Shown: in pieces, positions 35,991 to 45,618 of the stretch
Layout of the letters: each line of letters starts with the position of its first letter
Position numbering within the stretch: the first letter of the stretch is position 1
Source: an uncultured Gammaproteobacteria bacterium
GTDB taxonomy: Bacteria; Patescibacteriota; Microgenomatia; Woykebacterales; RBG-16-39-9b
NCBI GenBank assembly: GCA_965231125.1
Contig: OZ246414.1
Location: 281,512 to 345,511, forward strand
DNA length: 64,000 bases
Direction of reading: 5' to 3'
Notes under the pieces: generated by a model
Database searches by the model: none
What the model saw: the letters and a program-made list of their open reading frames with translations, nothing else
What the model was told of the DNA's origin: nothing
Program-made: the position numbers and the translations under genes

Positions 35991-37423
35991 TTTTTACCTA
36001 TAATTACCTGCGCATCTACCGCGGAAGAGTTTCCGATGGACCCCCCGTTAACTACAGTATATCTACTTGATAAATCCTTTGTCAAGAGAGATAGGTACTC
36101 TGTTTTGGATTTTTTAAGTCTAATTTCTGTTTTTATAAAGTTATAATTTGCTGCGTTGCCAGTGGAAACAACTCTGTAACCTTTTGCTTCAAGAAAATCT
36201 TTAGCTTCAGAAGCTGCTCCGGGTACGCCGTTGCCGTTTAGGACCTCAATTTTAAAGTCAGATCTTTTTAAGGCTACCTTAACAGCCGGTTTTTTTGCCG
36301 CCGCCGGTGTAGATTGTTTTGGTTTTTCCACTTTTGCGGAGGTACTGGCTGAGACACTTGCAGAAGTAGTAGACTGCCTAGCAGTGGAAACAGTCGACGG
36401 AACTTTTGTCGATTCATTTTTTGCCGCCGAGTTATTCAATACCTTGGATCCAAACCAAACCAGGAGTATAAGAATTAAAACCGTTGCGATAGCACCAAAA
36501 ATCATTTTCAAGTTGAGCTTTGGGAGTTCCACCGACTCAGCTGCTTTAACTAAGGTGTCTTTGATATGAAAAGCGGGTATTTGTTTTGGTAGACCGGCGG
36601 CAGCGGCTAGTTTCTTAAATCTAACTAAATCTTGGCTTGCAATAGCCACTTTACCTAGTGATATACCAAAAGGTTTAGCGGCAATACTGCCTTCTGTTAA
36701 AATATTAACAATTTCGTCTTCGTTTTCTCCAACTACCCAAGTCTCAAAATCGAGTTTTTCAGAAAGATTTTTAATCTCACTTGTGACGATTTCTTTAACC
36801 CAGCTGGTTAGCTTAGCTTTTTCGACAGCCGCCTCCTTAAACTTTTTGGTGGTGGTGAAGTAAATTCCACCTTCAAAGATTACAACAAGAAGAAGGGTTT
36901 CCCCCTCCATAGATAAAATCAAGGTTGGTTTAATAGCTTTTTCAAGAAACGGAAGGAAGATGGTGGGTTCCAAAACAATGGAGTGAATCTCTAAACCTAC
37001 TTCTTTAAAAAGTTTTTGATAGGCTGAGATTAAATCTCGTGGAGTTGCGGCAAGCTGAATGTTTTTATTCGGTAGTAGCCTCAAACTAGTAAAGCTTCCC
37101 GCAAGTGGGTAGGGAACTTCCTCTTGCAACTCGCGGTTTTTGAGAAGCTGCTCCTGGTCAGTGGCAATTTTCAGTACTTTTAGAAAACCAGCTTCTTCAC
37201 TGAGCAAAACTGTTATGGGATGCGATTTTAAAGAAGGATTTTGCTTAATAATGTCGGAAAGTTTTGATTTTACTTGCTCAAAGTTGACAATTGCGCCCTC
37301 TTCTATCAGCCCAGCCGGCAGTTCTTCATAGAAACCTTCCAAAATATCAAAACTAGAACCCTCTTTTTCAACTAAAGCAGCTTTTATAAATTTTTCCCTG
37401 AAACTGAAAATAATCTCTTTCAT
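35987..37423 (-). CDS. PilM-like type IV pilus assembly protein fused to a transmembrane segment and a LytR_C-like C-terminal domain
   Basis: Actin-like N-terminal ~330 aa, one transmembrane helix, a Ser/Thr-rich linker, then the LytR C-terminal pattern KIEVLNGNGVPGAA..A..L...GY.V. Confidence 0.5.
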   Translation of the reverse strand: MKEIIFSFREKFIKAALVEKEGSSFDILEGFYEELPAGLIEEGAIVNFEQVKSKLSDIIKQNPSLKSHPITVLLSEEAGFLKVLKIATDQEQLLKNRELQEEVPYPLAGSFTSLRLLPNKNIQLAATPRDLISAYQKLFKEVGLEIHSIVLEPTIFLPFLEKAIKPTLILSMEGETLLLVVIFEGGIYFTTTKKFKEAAVEKAKLTSWVKEIVTSEIKNLSEKLDFETWVVGENEDEIVNILTEGSIAAKPFGISLGKVAIASQDLVRFKKLAAAAGLPKQIPAFHIKDTLVKAAESVELPKLNLKMIFGAIATVLILILLVWFGSKVLNNSAAKNESTKVPSTVSTARQSTTSASVSASTSAKVEKPKQSTPAAAKKPAVKVALKRSDFKIEVLNGNGVPGAASEAKDFLEAKGYRVVSTGNAANYNFIKTEIRLKKSKTEYLSLLTKDLSSRYTVVNGGSIGNSSAVDAQVIIGKK

Positions 37424-37448
37424 AAGGAATAGTCTTCGCGTACTATTT

Positions 37449-37820
37449 TTAAGGCTTTTCTTTCCAGGATAGCACTTTAACTTGGCTCCCAGCTGTGTCG
37501 GCTGTTACTTCAAGTGTTCTGGTCTCATTGCTAGTTGAGGCCTCAGAATCGATAGTGTTTATTGTACCATTTTTGGCAATTGTAATATCAACGTTTACAC
37601 CATTTATAGACAGCGTGTCGTGTGAGTAATCTGGGTTCCTCAGCAGCCCTAACAAAGCTTCTTCCGCTCCGGATTCCGCCGCAAAGTAAACATTGTTTGA
37701 AACACCCGACCTGCCGGCCGTTTGCGAAAGGCTTGTTGCCACCAAGGAGGCGGCGAAAGCCAAACTGGCCACAGCCATAATTAACAAAATTGAAACTAAA
37801 GCTTGACCTTTTTGATTCAT
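37449..37820 (-). CDS. PilX-like minor pilin (hypothetical)
   Basis: Begins MNQKGQALVSILLIMAV, a PilX-style N-terminus. Confidence 0.4.
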   Translation of the reverse strand: MNQKGQALVSILLIMAVASLAFAASLVATSLSQTAGRSGVSNNVYFAAESGAEEALLGLLRNPDYSHDTLSINGVNVDITIAKNGTINTIDSEASTSNETRTLEVTADTAGSQVKVLSWKEKP

Positions 37821-38329
37821 CTTATACCTACCACTGTGTTAAAGTTTTGGGTTTTAGGACCCTCGGTTGAGCTTCCTGATAAGGTAAAATCAATCAACAC
37901 TGTGGGTTTTCCTTCGGCGCTACCAATACTCGTGAATTTTAAATTTGAAGCAGTAACTAGACTTCCGGTTATGGGTACTGCCGAGCTTGCAGGTGCTTGT
38001 AAATTTATTTCTGGTCCGGAAAGCGAGTAGATGTAATTATCCGCCCCGATTTTTAAGTTTAAGATTGAGCCGGAATCTCCGGGACTGCCCGGGCTGACGA
38101 TCTTATCCGCCCGTCGTATATCGTAAGCTAGCCTTTCTAGAACGAAATTTCCTTCAATCACAACACTACTTTTTGATTTAGATTCTAAAAAGCTTTCCGA
38201 AATTGACAAAAAGAGGTTAGTAATTATCAAAAGAATCACGGACAGAAGTCCAAAGTAGACTATTATTTCTATAAGAGTAAACCCGTCTAAATTTTTTCTA
38301 CTAAGTTTTGTTTGAGACTTAATTTTCAT
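37817..38329 (-). CDS. Prepilin-type minor pilin/pseudopilin
   Basis: G, then FTLIEIIVYFGLLSVIL. Confidence 0.6.
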   Translation of the reverse strand: MKIKSQTKLSRKNLDGFTLIEIIVYFGLLSVILLIITNLFLSISESFLESKSKSSVVIEGNFVLERLAYDIRRADKIVSPGSPGDSGSILNLKIGADNYIYSLSGPEINLQAPASSAVPITGSLVTASNLKFTSIGSAEGKPTVLIDFTLSGSSTEGPKTQNFNTVVGIR

Positions 38330-38331
38330 AA

Positions 38332-40206
38332 TTACGGAGAATAATTAACGCTCGTGTTTTGTAAAATTGGTGTAGCGTTTCCACCGCTAGTAAAGGTTAC
38401 TTTGTATCTGAAGTATTGGCCACTCACATAACTGAGTGGTATGGAGGCCGGATTTTGGTAGGATGTGCTATTTGTTCCATCAGGTCCAACCCAGTTCCAC
38501 GTTGCGTTGTTATTATTCGTGGCTATTTGGAAGGCTAGGCTTGTACCAGCCGGCACTTGGGCTGTCCAATTTAAGTAATTAAATCCAGCGTTTGCTCCCG
38601 CGTCAAAAGTTGGGGATTCATATGTTCCGAAGTTTTGGAAGCCAACTGAACTACTACCCGAAACAATTTGAAGCTCAGCTGAATTTGCTGAAGAGGCTAA
38701 GTACGCATAGCCATTAAATATTGCGACAGCTAAGGCGTCAGCTCCAAGGTTAATAGAGCTATAAATGAAAGAGCTGCCTGGCACATTAAGATCAATAATC
38801 TTCAACTGCGAGCCAGTTTGTCCGTTAGCTACAAAAGCAAGACTGCCAGAAACATACACGCTATAAGCGGTTCCACCGACCCCGTAGGTCCGCACAAGAT
38901 TTATGTTTGGAAGGTTACTAACATTTAAAACATAGACATTAGAACCAGCTGCAAGGTATGCTGTACCGTCTACAACATAGACACTTAGGGCGGCAAAAGG
39001 TCCGGAGGTGTTGTAATAGCCCACCACCGATGGCTGGGCAGGGTTGGAGATATTGAGAACTTTGAGTTCAGCTGTATTACTGGTTGAGGCAACGTAAGCG
39101 AAATTACCCGAGATGAACGCATCTCTTGTGGTAGACCCCAAGTCCGTACCACCTATCAGATTAGGTGCCACTGGGTTAGAGACATCAATAGTGTAAAACT
39201 CATAACCTGGTGCAGCAGTATTATTATTTGTAACCAAATAGACCGTGCTACCCGACGAAGCAACGCTGCGAGCATCACTATTTGAGGACGGGGTATCAAA
39301 GTGATTTCCGTAGAGTTTTGGATTTGTCGGGTCAGATACGTCTACAACTGTAAGTTCCCGGTGATCGTCAGAGGTAGCGATGTAGGCGTAATTTTCGGAA
39401 ACAACCACAGAATGACCTGTGGATCCAAGGTCCAGAGACCCCAAAAGGGTTGGGCTTGTGCCGGTGGTCGTGTCATAAATAAAGAAGTCGGCTCCAGACC
39501 TAGACTCTGTTACTAAGTAGGCTTTTCCACAGCTAACAAATACATCAAGAGCGTCCTGCGGTCCGGGAAAGTCCCTACTCGCTATTATAGTAAGCGATTT
39601 CCAATTGGTAACGGGAGCTGAAAGCAGCTGAATTTCCCCACCACTGGTATTGGTCACTTTGGTGCAGACAGTTGACCCCTTTAAGAAGTCAGTGTCACTA
39701 GTCTGCTGCCAAGTGGTGTTACCTAAGTACCGGGTTAAATAAAAAGTTTGGCCTACACTTCCGCCAAAAAAGGAAGCCCATGAGGTAGTTACGGTTACCT
39801 TTTTGGTGGAAGGATCCACGCGCCCCGTAGGGCATTCAACTAGGGCGTTGGAGTTGTCACGACAAGCAGAGGCTAAATTGATTTGTCTGGTAAGGCCAGA
39901 TACCGTCTCTGGTCCTAAAACTAAACTCCACCTTGTACCCGTATTAACCACATGGTAAGTACCATTTTTTAAATTTCCCCAACCCCCTTCCCTTACGGAT
40001 CGTACGGCTTCCGCCTGCATAAGAGCCGAAGTTTGCGCTGTTAGAATATTCGCCGCTTGATCGCGATTTTCCCTCACGCCTATCAGTAGTAGGCCGACGC
40101 TACCTAAAACAATAATTAATATTCCAAAACCAACAACGAGTTCCACCAAAGCCTGACCTTTGTTTTCGTTAAAAGACTCTAGTCCAGCTAGCCTGCTAAT
40201 TAACAT
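38332..40206 (-). CDS. Large minor pilin / pilus-tip protein with an LVIVD-repeat beta-propeller
   Basis: Prepilin-like N-terminus (KGQALVELVVGFGILII) and at least five repeats of the form ELTVVDVSDPTNP / ELKVLNISNPAQP / EFYTIDVSNPVAP (LVIVD repeats). Confidence 0.55.
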   Translation of the reverse strand: MLISRLAGLESFNENKGQALVELVVGFGILIIVLGSVGLLLIGVRENRDQAANILTAQTSALMQAEAVRSVREGGWGNLKNGTYHVVNTGTRWSLVLGPETVSGLTRQINLASACRDNSNALVECPTGRVDPSTKKVTVTTSWASFFGGSVGQTFYLTRYLGNTTWQQTSDTDFLKGSTVCTKVTNTSGGEIQLLSAPVTNWKSLTIIASRDFPGPQDALDVFVSCGKAYLVTESRSGADFFIYDTTTGTSPTLLGSLDLGSTGHSVVVSENYAYIATSDDHRELTVVDVSDPTNPKLYGNHFDTPSSNSDARSVASSGSTVYLVTNNNTAAPGYEFYTIDVSNPVAPNLIGGTDLGSTTRDAFISGNFAYVASTSNTAELKVLNISNPAQPSVVGYYNTSGPFAALSVYVVDGTAYLAAGSNVYVLNVSNLPNINLVRTYGVGGTAYSVYVSGSLAFVANGQTGSQLKIIDLNVPGSSFIYSSINLGADALAVAIFNGYAYLASSANSAELQIVSGSSSVGFQNFGTYESPTFDAGANAGFNYLNWTAQVPAGTSLAFQIATNNNNATWNWVGPDGTNSTSYQNPASIPLSYVSGQYFRYKVTFTSGGNATPILQNTSVNYSP

Positions 40207-40642
40207 TTACAGCTCCAAATCTGTTTATTGTAAAAGTTTTGGTTTCGCCAGAGGCGCTTTTTAAAATAAAACTTCCGCCGGAAGTTTCTCCAGATAACCT
40301 TGAAAAGAGCACGTTACCTCCCGGTGCGTTAATCGATTCAATTGATAGGCTAGGATCCAGTGTGGTAACCAAGTTAGTACTGCTACTTGGGTTGTAAGAA
40401 CTACCGTCGAAAAGAACAAATTTACCCCTGTCAAAATGGACGCCGGAAGTTTCTTGTCCTGAGGCCGCCAAATTCTGGGCTTCTTTCAAAGTGACGTAGA
40501 TCAGATTTTCGCTGGAACTTATATCAGCAAAAGCTTTTGGTCTGCTAAGATTTACTAAAAGCAACGTGCTAATAATTGAAAACAGAGCGACAGCAACCAT
40601 TAGCTCCACTAAAGTAAACCCTTTTGAGGCACCAGACTTCAT
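40196..40642 (-). CDS. Prepilin-type pseudopilin
   Basis: KGFTLVELMVAVALFSII. Confidence 0.6.
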   Translation of the reverse strand: MKSGASKGFTLVELMVAVALFSIISTLLLVNLSRPKAFADISSSENLIYVTLKEAQNLAASGQETSGVHFDRGKFVLFDGSSYNPSSSTNLVTTLDPSLSIESINAPGGNVLFSRLSGETSGGSFILKSASGETKTFTINRFGAVNVN

Positions 40643-41727
40643 GTTGGGTTTATTTGAGAAATAAGTTGATAAATTGGTGCTATGATTGATAGTATTACGG
40701 CGGCAACAATAACACCAACAATAATAATCAGGGCAGGTTCTAAAACTACAGAAAATGATTTAATTTCTCTTTCAAGTTTATCTTGGTAGTAAACCGAAAC
40801 TTCGGACAAAACTTTATCTAGATTACCAGTTTTTTCTCCGGTCCCGATTATCCGGCTCATAAGCGCGGGAAAAGTTTTATATTCTCTTAAAGAGCCGGCT
40901 AGAGATTTACCCCCCGTTAGTTTGTGGGCTACTTCTCCCAACTCTTCTTTGGTAGTCTTGTTAACTACAACTGTCGTTGCCCTTTCGACACCCTCTATAA
41001 TTGGTACACCAGCTGATAGAAGAAGAGCTAAGGTGGAGGAGAATCTTGATAGGTCGACATATCTTAAAATGCCACTAAAAAAAGGTAGGCGGAAGCCTAA
41101 AGTTATGATCCTTTCTCTAAAAGATTTGTTTGAGAATAGAAATAATGTTAGGGCAGCTAAGATAGCGATTCCTAGACCAAAGATTAGATAGTATCTATGA
41201 ATCGATAAAGCGACTGCCAAAAATATTCTTGTCGGAAGAGGTTTGGGAACATTTAAGCGCGTAAATATTACAGCGACTCTTGGGACAACAAAACCAAAAA
41301 GTACCACTAAGACAACTGCTAGAACTCCCAAGACTATTGCTGGGTAAAGCATAGCTGCCTTTACGTCACTCTTCAGCTTATCAATATCTCTAAGGTTTTT
41401 GACTAGTTGCAAAAGTACTTTGTCTAAATTTCCACTTTCCTCACCGGCTTTTACCGTATTTATAAAAATTGGGTCGAATATAGCGGGAAACTGGGAAAAA
41501 CTTTCCGCAAGGCTCTGCCCCGATTGGACGGAATCTATAACAGCGCCAATTACAGATTTTGAGTTTTTCGAGAGAGAATCGTCTTTAACTGCTTCAAGAG
41601 CTTCTAGTATAGGGATACCGGAAGAAAGCATAATTGACAAACTCTCGATGAACGTAAGCTTTTCGATAAAGGGAAGCCGAAGCTTTTGAGGAATTATTTT
41701 TGGTTTTTTATCTTCGTTATTTGGCAT
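40639..41727 (-). CDS. pilC: Type IV pilus platform protein PilC (GspF family)
   Basis: Two T2SSF-type repeats and three transmembrane helices. 362 aa. Confidence 0.85.
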   Translation of the reverse strand: MPNNEDKKPKIIPQKLRLPFIEKLTFIESLSIMLSSGIPILEALEAVKDDSLSKNSKSVIGAVIDSVQSGQSLAESFSQFPAIFDPIFINTVKAGEESGNLDKVLLQLVKNLRDIDKLKSDVKAAMLYPAIVLGVLAVVLVVLFGFVVPRVAVIFTRLNVPKPLPTRIFLAVALSIHRYYLIFGLGIAILAALTLFLFSNKSFRERIITLGFRLPFFSGILRYVDLSRFSSTLALLLSAGVPIIEGVERATTVVVNKTTKEELGEVAHKLTGGKSLAGSLREYKTFPALMSRIIGTGEKTGNLDKVLSEVSVYYQDKLEREIKSFSVVLEPALIIIVGVIVAAVILSIIAPIYQLISQINPT

Positions 41728-41741
41728 TTGGGCAAGTCCTA

Positions 41742-43427
41742 CTACTCTCTAACCGCCTGAATCACTTCTTCGATTGTGGTCAGTCCGGACGCAACTTTTG
41801 CAAGGCCATCCTCAACCATCAGTTTAAAACCTTCAGCGTGAGCTACTTCCAGAATTTTTTGAATAGAAGCTTTTTCAAAAATTAATTTTTTAATATTTTC
41901 GCTTACCTCTAAAACCTCAAAAATACCGATCCGCCCTCTAAAACCCGTCCCGGAACACTCTTGACAACCCTTGCCTCGCCTGGCCTCAACTGTTCCACCC
42001 AAAAATGGGGCAACCACTTCTTTACCAAATTCTGTGGCCAGGCCCTGGAGAACCTCCTCTTTAATAACATCTTTTACCAAACAAGACGAGCAGTTTCGAG
42101 CAACCAGCCGTTGGGATATAACCAAATTTAAAGTAGAACCAATTAGATATGGTTGGGCTCCCAGATCGTAAAGCCGGGGAATTGTGCTGATAGCATCGTT
42201 AGTGTGAAGTGAAGAGAGCACAAGGTGTCCAGTCAAGGCGGAATGAATAGCAATTTCTGCCGTCTCCTCGTCTCTTATCTCACCAACTAATATGACGTTG
42301 GGGTCGTGACGAAGTATTGATCGTAGTCCTGAAGCGAAAGTTAGGCCGGCTTTTGGATTTATCTGCATTTGGTTTACCCTAGTCAATCCGTATTCTATCG
42401 GGTCTTCAATTGTACAGATATTAACTCCGGCGGTATTTATTAAAGTTAGTATGTTATATAAAGTTGTGGTCTTTCCGCTTCCCGTCGGGCCGGTGGAAAG
42501 AACCATACCGTGAGATTTTTGAATACCTTCTTTTACTAATTGTAAATTGGCTCCGGTTAAACCCAAGTCTTCTAGAGTTTTAGGGCGGGCGGCTGCCGAG
42601 AGAAGGCGTAAAACAGCATCTTCTCCATGAAAAGTTGGCAGCACCGAAACCCTAACCGATATTTCATCGGTTCTGTGTTTAAAACGAAATCTTCCGTCTT
42701 GAGGAGTTCGATGTTCGTCGGTTCTTAGATTAGACAATATTTTTATGCGGGTTATCAATCCGGCTTGAATACTCTCTGGCAGATCTAAAACATCGCGGAG
42801 TTTCCCATCTACTCTGAAGCGGATAATTATTTTTTCGCCGATGTTTTCAATATGGATGTCGCTCGCTCTTTCCGAGGCACCAAACTCCAAAATCGTGTCT
42901 AAAATTTTCACGACCGGAAGATCTTCACCACCCAAAGAAGAGTCCTTAGCGCCAGTAAGGTTTTCCTCGACTGTCTTTTGGAAATCTTTCTTTATATCCG
43001 CGTTGTATTGATCCAAAAGCTCATTAATTATCGATGGTAGGGTAAAATAGACTTCGACTGGCCCTCTCAATTTTTTCTTAACAAAGTCGACTGTTTCAGG
43101 ATCCTGCGGATTTTCGAAGGCCACTTTGAGTTTTGAGCCTTCTTTATCAAAAACCGCAGCCCTCTTCTTAGTGGCTACTTCCTCTGGTAAAAGATCACGG
43201 ATTTCTTTTTTGATAACGCGGTCACGAAGGTCTGCGTATGGGTATCCGGCTGCCTCCGCCAAAATTTGGCCGAGAAATTTTTCTAAAATCACACCCCGCT
43301 CAATTAGTTCGTCACTTAGAGGTTTCCCAAGGTCAGTTGCAGCTTTTTCAGCCTCGGCTAGTTCTGCCGGATCTACCAATCCGGATTTGAGAATAAGTTT
43401 CTTAAGTTCATCATTTTCAAGTATCAT
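41742..43427 (-). CDS. pilB: Type IV pilus assembly ATPase PilB (GspE family)
   Basis: Walker A GPTGSGKTTT, Asp and His boxes, and a tetracysteine motif CSSC...CQEC. Confidence 0.9.
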   Translation of the reverse strand: MILENDELKKLILKSGLVDPAELAEAEKAATDLGKPLSDELIERGVILEKFLGQILAEAAGYPYADLRDRVIKKEIRDLLPEEVATKKRAAVFDKEGSKLKVAFENPQDPETVDFVKKKLRGPVEVYFTLPSIINELLDQYNADIKKDFQKTVEENLTGAKDSSLGGEDLPVVKILDTILEFGASERASDIHIENIGEKIIIRFRVDGKLRDVLDLPESIQAGLITRIKILSNLRTDEHRTPQDGRFRFKHRTDEISVRVSVLPTFHGEDAVLRLLSAAARPKTLEDLGLTGANLQLVKEGIQKSHGMVLSTGPTGSGKTTTLYNILTLINTAGVNICTIEDPIEYGLTRVNQMQINPKAGLTFASGLRSILRHDPNVILVGEIRDEETAEIAIHSALTGHLVLSSLHTNDAISTIPRLYDLGAQPYLIGSTLNLVISQRLVARNCSSCLVKDVIKEEVLQGLATEFGKEVVAPFLGGTVEARRGKGCQECSGTGFRGRIGIFEVLEVSENIKKLIFEKASIQKILEVAHAEGFKLMVEDGLAKVASGLTTIEEVIQAVRE

Positions 43428-43792
43428 TTGGAGTACTCTTTAATTTTATCAACAACATCTTGCGGAGTAATTTCTGTTTTCATCAGCACTTCTTTTGCCC
43501 CTAGCTCTCGGCACTTAGTTACCTCCTCCTCGGTTATACTCAGATTAGTCAGAACAATCACCGGGATGTCTTTTGTTTTTGGATCCTCTTTTAATTTTTC
43601 CAGTACTTGAGCCCCGCTTATCTTGGGTAGCATAATGTCTAAAATAATGGTGTCTGGGTTAGTAGTCTTTGCCTTTTCCACACCTTCTTCGCCATCCAAG
43701 GCCGTTTCCACATCGAAGCCGTCGTGGGTGAACTTCATGTCGTACATTTTTACCATTAAAGAATCGTCTTCAATAAGAAGGACTTTAGCCAT
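43424..43792 (-). CDS. Single-domain response regulator (CheY-like receiver)
   Basis: KVLLIEDD...DIMLP. Confidence 0.8.
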   Translation of the reverse strand: MAKVLLIEDDSLMVKMYDMKFTHDGFDVETALDGEEGVEKAKTTNPDTIILDIMLPKISGAQVLEKLKEDPKTKDIPVIVLTNLSITEEEVTKCRELGAKEVLMKTEITPQDVVDKIKEYSK

Positions 43793-44582
43793 TTTCCTCC
43801 TGCTTTAGCCTTGCGGCAACTTCCGCCGCTTTTGAACTACCTGCGATTGGCAACGAAAAACAAAACCGGGTACCTTTACCTGGGTAAGACTGCGCAAGCC
43901 AAATTTTGCCACCAAGTTTTTCAATAAATTTTTTGGAAACATAAAGACCCAAGCCACTACCTCCAGAAATTCTGTTTTCCTTTGGGGATGCTTGCGAAAA
44001 TTTTTCAAAGAGTTCTTTTTGCTTATCGACAGCTATTCCTGGGCCGGTATCAGCCACACTAGTGATTACAAATCCGCCTTCTTGAGCAAAACTTACCTTA
44101 ATCTCTCCATCCCGAGTAAATTTCATTGCGTTACCCACTAAATTTATTAGTACTTGTATTAGCTTATCGGAATCCGCTTGAACTTTTGATAACGGAGAAA
44201 CCGGTTCTTCAAGAACCAAAGTAAGATGCTTTTCTTGGGCTGCTATTTTCAGCGAATGGAGAAGTAATTTGGATTGCTCCACCACGTCGACATTCTGCCG
44301 AAGGGTGAAAGGCATTCGCCCGCTTTCCAGACGCCCTATTTCAAGCATACCGTTTACCAAGCGAATTTCTCGTTCGATTGCTAAGAGCATTTCGGTGAGC
44401 ACATCTTTAACTTCTTTGGATATTGGTCCTGCGTCCCCGGCAATAAGCATGGTCAAGTAACCTTTTATCGTGGACATCGGAGTGCGCAGCTCATGGGAAA
44501 CAATTGAAATGAATTCGTCTTTTACTGTGTCAACACTATCTTTTTGCGAAGGGTTGGTGGAAGGTAGATCTTGATTTTCCAT
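43785..44582 (-). CDS. Cytoplasmic histidine kinase
   Basis: H-box SHELRTP plus N, G1 and G2 boxes (NLVGNAMKF; GTGPGIA; GGSGLGL). No transmembrane segment. Confidence 0.8.
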   Translation of the reverse strand: MENQDLPSTNPSQKDSVDTVKDEFISIVSHELRTPMSTIKGYLTMLIAGDAGPISKEVKDVLTEMLLAIEREIRLVNGMLEIGRLESGRMPFTLRQNVDVVEQSKLLLHSLKIAAQEKHLTLVLEEPVSPLSKVQADSDKLIQVLINLVGNAMKFTRDGEIKVSFAQEGGFVITSVADTGPGIAVDKQKELFEKFSQASPKENRISGGSGLGLYVSKKFIEKLGGKIWLAQSYPGKGTRFCFSLPIAGSSKAAEVAARLKQEENG

Positions 44583-44736
44583 ACTTTATAAGTAGATTCT
44601 CCACTTTAGTTTACTCTACGTTCGAGTTTGCAGTCAACCCAATCGATCCATCTTGGGCAACCCTTTAAAGGCACTTTCCACTCTTGATTAAAACCAGCTA
44701 AACTTCTAATATTAACGTAACTTTCTCACTACTATT

Positions 44737-45033
44737 ATGGTAAAAACTTTAATTATCGAATATTTTTTATTTACTTCAATTTGTAGTTTTGCCACTCTGC
44801 AAATAGTAGCTTCTTTGAAGAAAAGGGGAGAGTGGAGAATTTTAAAAAATGAAGCCTTAACTATTGTTTTGTCCTTGGTTTTGGTTATTGCTAGCTTTTG
44901 GTGGTTTTTTACTATTAGAAATCGCAACGTTCACACGGCTCTGGAAGGAGCCCAACTTTCAACTGTTTTTGGCTGGGGAGCGTTTTTCAGCTTAGTTGTC
45001 ACAAAACTTATTAAAAAATTATGGACCTTTTAG
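44737..45033 (+). CDS. Hypothetical membrane protein
   Basis: Hydrophobic ORF of 98 aa. Confidence 0.3.
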   Translation: MVKTLIIEYFLFTSICSFATLQIVASLKKRGEWRILKNEALTIVLSLVLVIASFWWFFTIRNRNVHTALEGAQLSTVFGWGAFFSLVVTKLIKKLWTF

Positions 45034-45617
45034 AGGTTGATCATAATCTATTTTTGTCAATAAACGGTCTAGTTGGTAAGAACCAGATTTTTGACAACAT
45101 AGCAAAACTTATGGTTAATGAATACTTTATTCCAACTCTTTTGTCAGCTTTCTTATTTGCGCTCTGGTTTTACTGGGAGAAGGAAGATAAAGATACAAAA
45201 CAAAAGGGGGTTGTAGCTGGTGTTTTGGGCGTTGGTTTAGGGAGCTTGGCAGTTGTTTCGGCTATAAACTTTCTTGTTCAAAGGGCGAGACCCTTTGACA
45301 TTCTTCACGTTAATTTACTGTATTATCGACCGACAGACCCTTCCTTTCCTGCCAATTCCGCAGTAGTAGCGTTTGCAATTGCGACGGCTATATACTTAGC
45401 CGAAAAAAAGTTGGGTATTGCCGCATTGTTAATCGCTGCCTTTTACGGTTTCTTAAGAGTTTTTGTTGGAGTGCATTTTCCTTCAGATGTCTTGGCGGGA
45501 GCAACTGTCGGCATAGCCTCAACTTTGTTTGTGAGTTTGTTTGATCCAATACTTGCGCAAATTGTAGGTTTACTCAGAAAATTGTTAAAGGTGCTTTATT
45601 TAGAGGAGTTTTCGTGA
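45021..45617 (+). CDS. PAP2 family phosphatase
   Basis: Motifs KxxxxxxRP (QRARPF), PS..S, and a variant of SR.....H...D (GVHFPSDVLAG). Confidence 0.65.
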   Translation: MDLLEVDHNLFLSINGLVGKNQIFDNIAKLMVNEYFIPTLLSAFLFALWFYWEKEDKDTKQKGVVAGVLGVGLGSLAVVSAINFLVQRARPFDILHVNLLYYRPTDPSFPANSAVVAFAIATAIYLAEKKLGIAALLIAAFYGFLRVFVGVHFPSDVLAGATVGIASTLFVSLFDPILAQIVGLLRKLLKVLYLEEFS

Positions 45618-45618
45618 G

